A DNA stretch of 64,000 nt from an uncultured Planctomycetota bacterium (lineage in GTDB: Bacteria > Planctomycetota > Planctomycetia > Isosphaerales > Isosphaeraceae), in contig CAVTTN010000002.1 of assembly GCA_963737655.1 (NCBI GenBank), positions 5,888,001 to 5,952,000 on the forward strand, read 5' to 3'. The number at the start of each line of letters is the position of its first letter. The first letter of the stretch is position 1. Both the position numbers and the translations under genes were made by a program. The notes under the pieces were generated by a model. It had not been told where the DNA came from. It made no database searches and saw nothing but the letters and a program-made list of their open reading frames with translations. Below, in pieces: positions 61,298-64,000 of this stretch.

Positions 61298-64000
61298 ATG
61301 GCGATCTTACCGATGCCGGTAGGGGTCGAGGAGAATGGCGGGACCGAGGAGTTCGTCGCCGCCATCGAGCGTCGTCGGGACGGGCTCGGGCTGGCGAGTC
61401 CCTGGTCCATCGCCGAGCTTCGACTCGACGAAGAGGATTACGAACGCCTGGGCTGCTGGGCCGGGAGGCTCGGCGGGCGGACGGTCCGGGAGTGGACTCG
61501 CGACGATTGGAGCTGGGCGGACCCGCCGGTGAGCCCAAAGCGATCACGTCGGGCCTGCCTCGGCCTGGTCCTGCTGGCGGTCGCCGCCGAGGCGGCCCGT
61601 CGCGAGGCAACCGAGGCGACGCTCTGGCGATACGTCCGCCGGCGCCCCGACGGGAGGCTCCGGTTCCGGGCGGATTCCGACCTCTTCGTCCAGGGTCAGC
61701 CCGGCGAGTCCTTCAAGGTGGCCCTCCGCGCGGCCGCGGAGGAGTTCGGCCTCCGCCACGTCACGGGCCACGCCGACACGAAGCGGTACTACCTGACGGT
61801 CTTCCTCCAGTTCGGCTTCGGCCTCCGCGACGCGGAGCACCGCCTCGCCGGTTGGCTCTCGGGCCAGGGCCTCCAGGTCGCGATCGAGCGCCTGGCCGAG
61901 CGGGGCGGGCCTCTCGGCTCCCAGTCGTTCTCGGCGCTCTGGCGCGACCTCCGTCACGGCCGGGGCCGCCTCCTGCCCGCCGAGGCCCTGCGGGTGAGGC
62001 TCACGGCCTCACCCTGGGTGTTGCCGTGCTGGGCAGACCGGCTCGTCGAGGCTCGCAGGCCGGTCGCTGCCCTCCTCGGAGGGCGCCGGACGGGTCCGCC
62101 TCGCGGCCTGAGGACGATCCTGGGCCCGCCCCTCATGGTCTGGGCCGGCGGCGGCCCACCCCAATTCGCCTGCAAGGTCGCCGACCTGGCGACGGCCCCC
62201 CTGCCGGGTCGCGAGTACTCGTTGAGGGTCGCCGGGCGAGTGCTCGCGAGGATCGAGCGCGACGAGGACGGCCTGTCGTCCGACCGCGATGCCGTGACCC
62301 TGCCCGGGTTCCCCGCGATCGCCGCCGTCGAGCCTCCGGGACGAGGACTCGGGCGAGGGCGAGGCCCTGCCCCTGGTGTGCTTCGACCCCCAGGAGCCCG
62401 CCTCGCTCTTCGACCTGCGGTCCGGCCGGCCGGTCGCGGCGGGCGCTCGGACGGACCCGACGGGGAGGTACGCCCTGGTCCATGCCGACGACCTGACGCT
62501 CGTGCCCTCGCCCGGCGAATGGAGGGCCGTCCGATCCGGGCCGCTGAAACTCCGGGCCGCCGCCCTGGCGGGCCCCGAGCTGGCGGCGGCGAGGCTGACC
62601 CTCGACGGCGCGACGGTCTGGGAGGCCCGATCGCCCTCGGCCGGGGCCGCCGCCCCGCCCTGGGCCAGCGTCCGGCTGGAGCTCGCCGGAAAGGCCGCGA
62701 GCCTGCCCTCCCTGCCGATGGGCCGTTCCTACGAGATCCTGGTCCGCCACCCAGAGGACGTGCGCGTCGCCTTCGTCCGCCGGGGGATGGAGCCCCTGGA
62801 ACCGTCGCCGGCGGGCCCCGGGACGACCCGCGTCGGGCCGATCACGTCCACCGTCCCGACGCTCGCCGGGACGACTCGGTGGCTGATCGGACTGGAGCGC
62901 CAGGGGGAGTCGGCCCGGGTCGTCGAGACCTTCCAGCCGCCTCGCCACGGGGGGGCCATCTTCCGCGAGGACGGCTGGGAGGTCCTCGACCCGAGCAACG
63001 CCCTGGACGCCGAGGACGGCCGGAGGTCGCCCGTGCTGATCCTCCCCCCCACGGCCTGGGACGGCCAGGTCATCCGCGAGGGATCGCAGACATGGGCCCT
63101 GATGGAGGGTGAGGCCTGGGTCGGACGCACGGAGCCGCGCCCTCGGATCATCCCGCGACTTTCGGGCCTCGGGGCCCGTTGACTGTGAGGCTCGGGCCGT
63201 TCAACGCCGTGCCCGGCACGCCTCCGGACGGCGGCCCGAGGCGTCTGGACGCCCTGATCCTGGCCGATCGCGTGGTGGATCGAGGGATCGTCCGGGGTGT
63301 CGTGGTCGCCGAGGCCACCGTCGATGCCCACGCCTGGCGGATCGAGCTGACGAGGGCCCTGGAGATCGGCGACGATCACGAGGTCCACTGGTGGGACCGC
63401 TCCGGGGAGGTGTTCCACCTGAGGCCGTCGGCCTGGCCGATCGGCGACCCCGTCCGCCTGGACTGGTGGTCGGTCCGGCCCCCGTTCGTCGCCTCCGAGC
63501 CCGGGCCCTGCTCGTCACCTACGAGGGCCGGAGGCTCGGAGCCTGGTGGGCGGCGGGCTGGGCCTCCGGGCTGGAGGAGGTCGCCTCGGCCCGCGACCCC
63601 GGCCTGATCGCCGAGTGGATCCGCTGGGCCCGGTTGCCCGCCCTGGAGCCGCGATCCCTGCCCGAGGTCCGGCGGCTGGCCGAGCGCTGGCCGGCGGAGG
63701 CCCTGCGGGCCTGGTCCGTCGAGGACTCCTCCGACGGCTGGCGGTTCGTGGCCCGCGCCGCGTTCCGCGACTGGTGGCCCGGGCCGGACCAATTGGACGG
63801 CGTGGCCGGCGTCCTGGGCGGCGCCGCCCCGATCCCGGAAGTGGCTGCGGCCCTCCGCCTGATGGATCTCTGCCCCGTGACGATGGGGCGTTTCCTCAAG
63901 GCGAGGGCCGAGGGCGCCTCCGACCCGGAGAGGCGAGTGCTGTTCGCCGGCGTCCGGAGGTCGATCGAGGACTCGCTCCGGTTCGACGTGGGCGAGTGGG
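61298..64000 (+). CDS. Large hypothetical protein, multiple frameshifts, runs off the window
   Basis: PWSIAELRLDEEDY...AAEAARRE...LRHV...FLQFGF; protein-like segments continue in frames 62376-63182 and 63179 onward. Confidence 0.6.

Larger units (their letters stand above)
15327..64000. mobile_element. tRNA-Gly-anchored genomic island (right boundary not seen)
   Basis: Integrase at tRNA 3' end, primase/ParB-like genes, IS elements, defence-like cargo, DUF1257/DUF2997/AAA module; no attR found in window. Confidence 0.6.

Overview
Very GC-rich bacterial window; gene content suggests a planctomycete (Isosphaeraceae-like), which is inference only. Many ORFs are broken by single-base frameshifts, from assembly error and/or decay. 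(1) 0.8-5.7 kb: integron-type cassette array with five ~100-bp attC-like sites and no intI in the window. It is interrupted by a non-autonomous IS66 derivative with 20-bp IRs, a perfect 8-bp target duplication and a DUF72 passenger gene. (2) 5.8-15.3 kb: ordinary genes (MFS, Tat-epimerase, two-component pair, DUF3500/EF-hand, HupE/UreJ) and tRNA-Gly(CCC). (3) 15.4 kb to the window end: a tRNA-anchored genomic island with tyrosine integrase, esterase/CitMHS/AtuA cargo, IS1, ParB-like and primase-like genes, IS3, a ~24-kb putative defence/conflict cluster and a decayed DUF1257/DUF2997/AAA module. The cluster holds four STAND (NLR-like) ATPase-TPR genes with RxxxxH HEPN-like N-termini. The best candidate for an undescribed system is a tight minus-strand operon: STAND-TPR sensor with hypervariable 144-bp repeats, then a kinase-HD fusion, then a permuted DHH phosphoesterase fused to a CorA-like membrane domain. 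LysR and NUDIX-like/cupin genes sit next to it. All domain calls are by eye from motifs; no searches were run.
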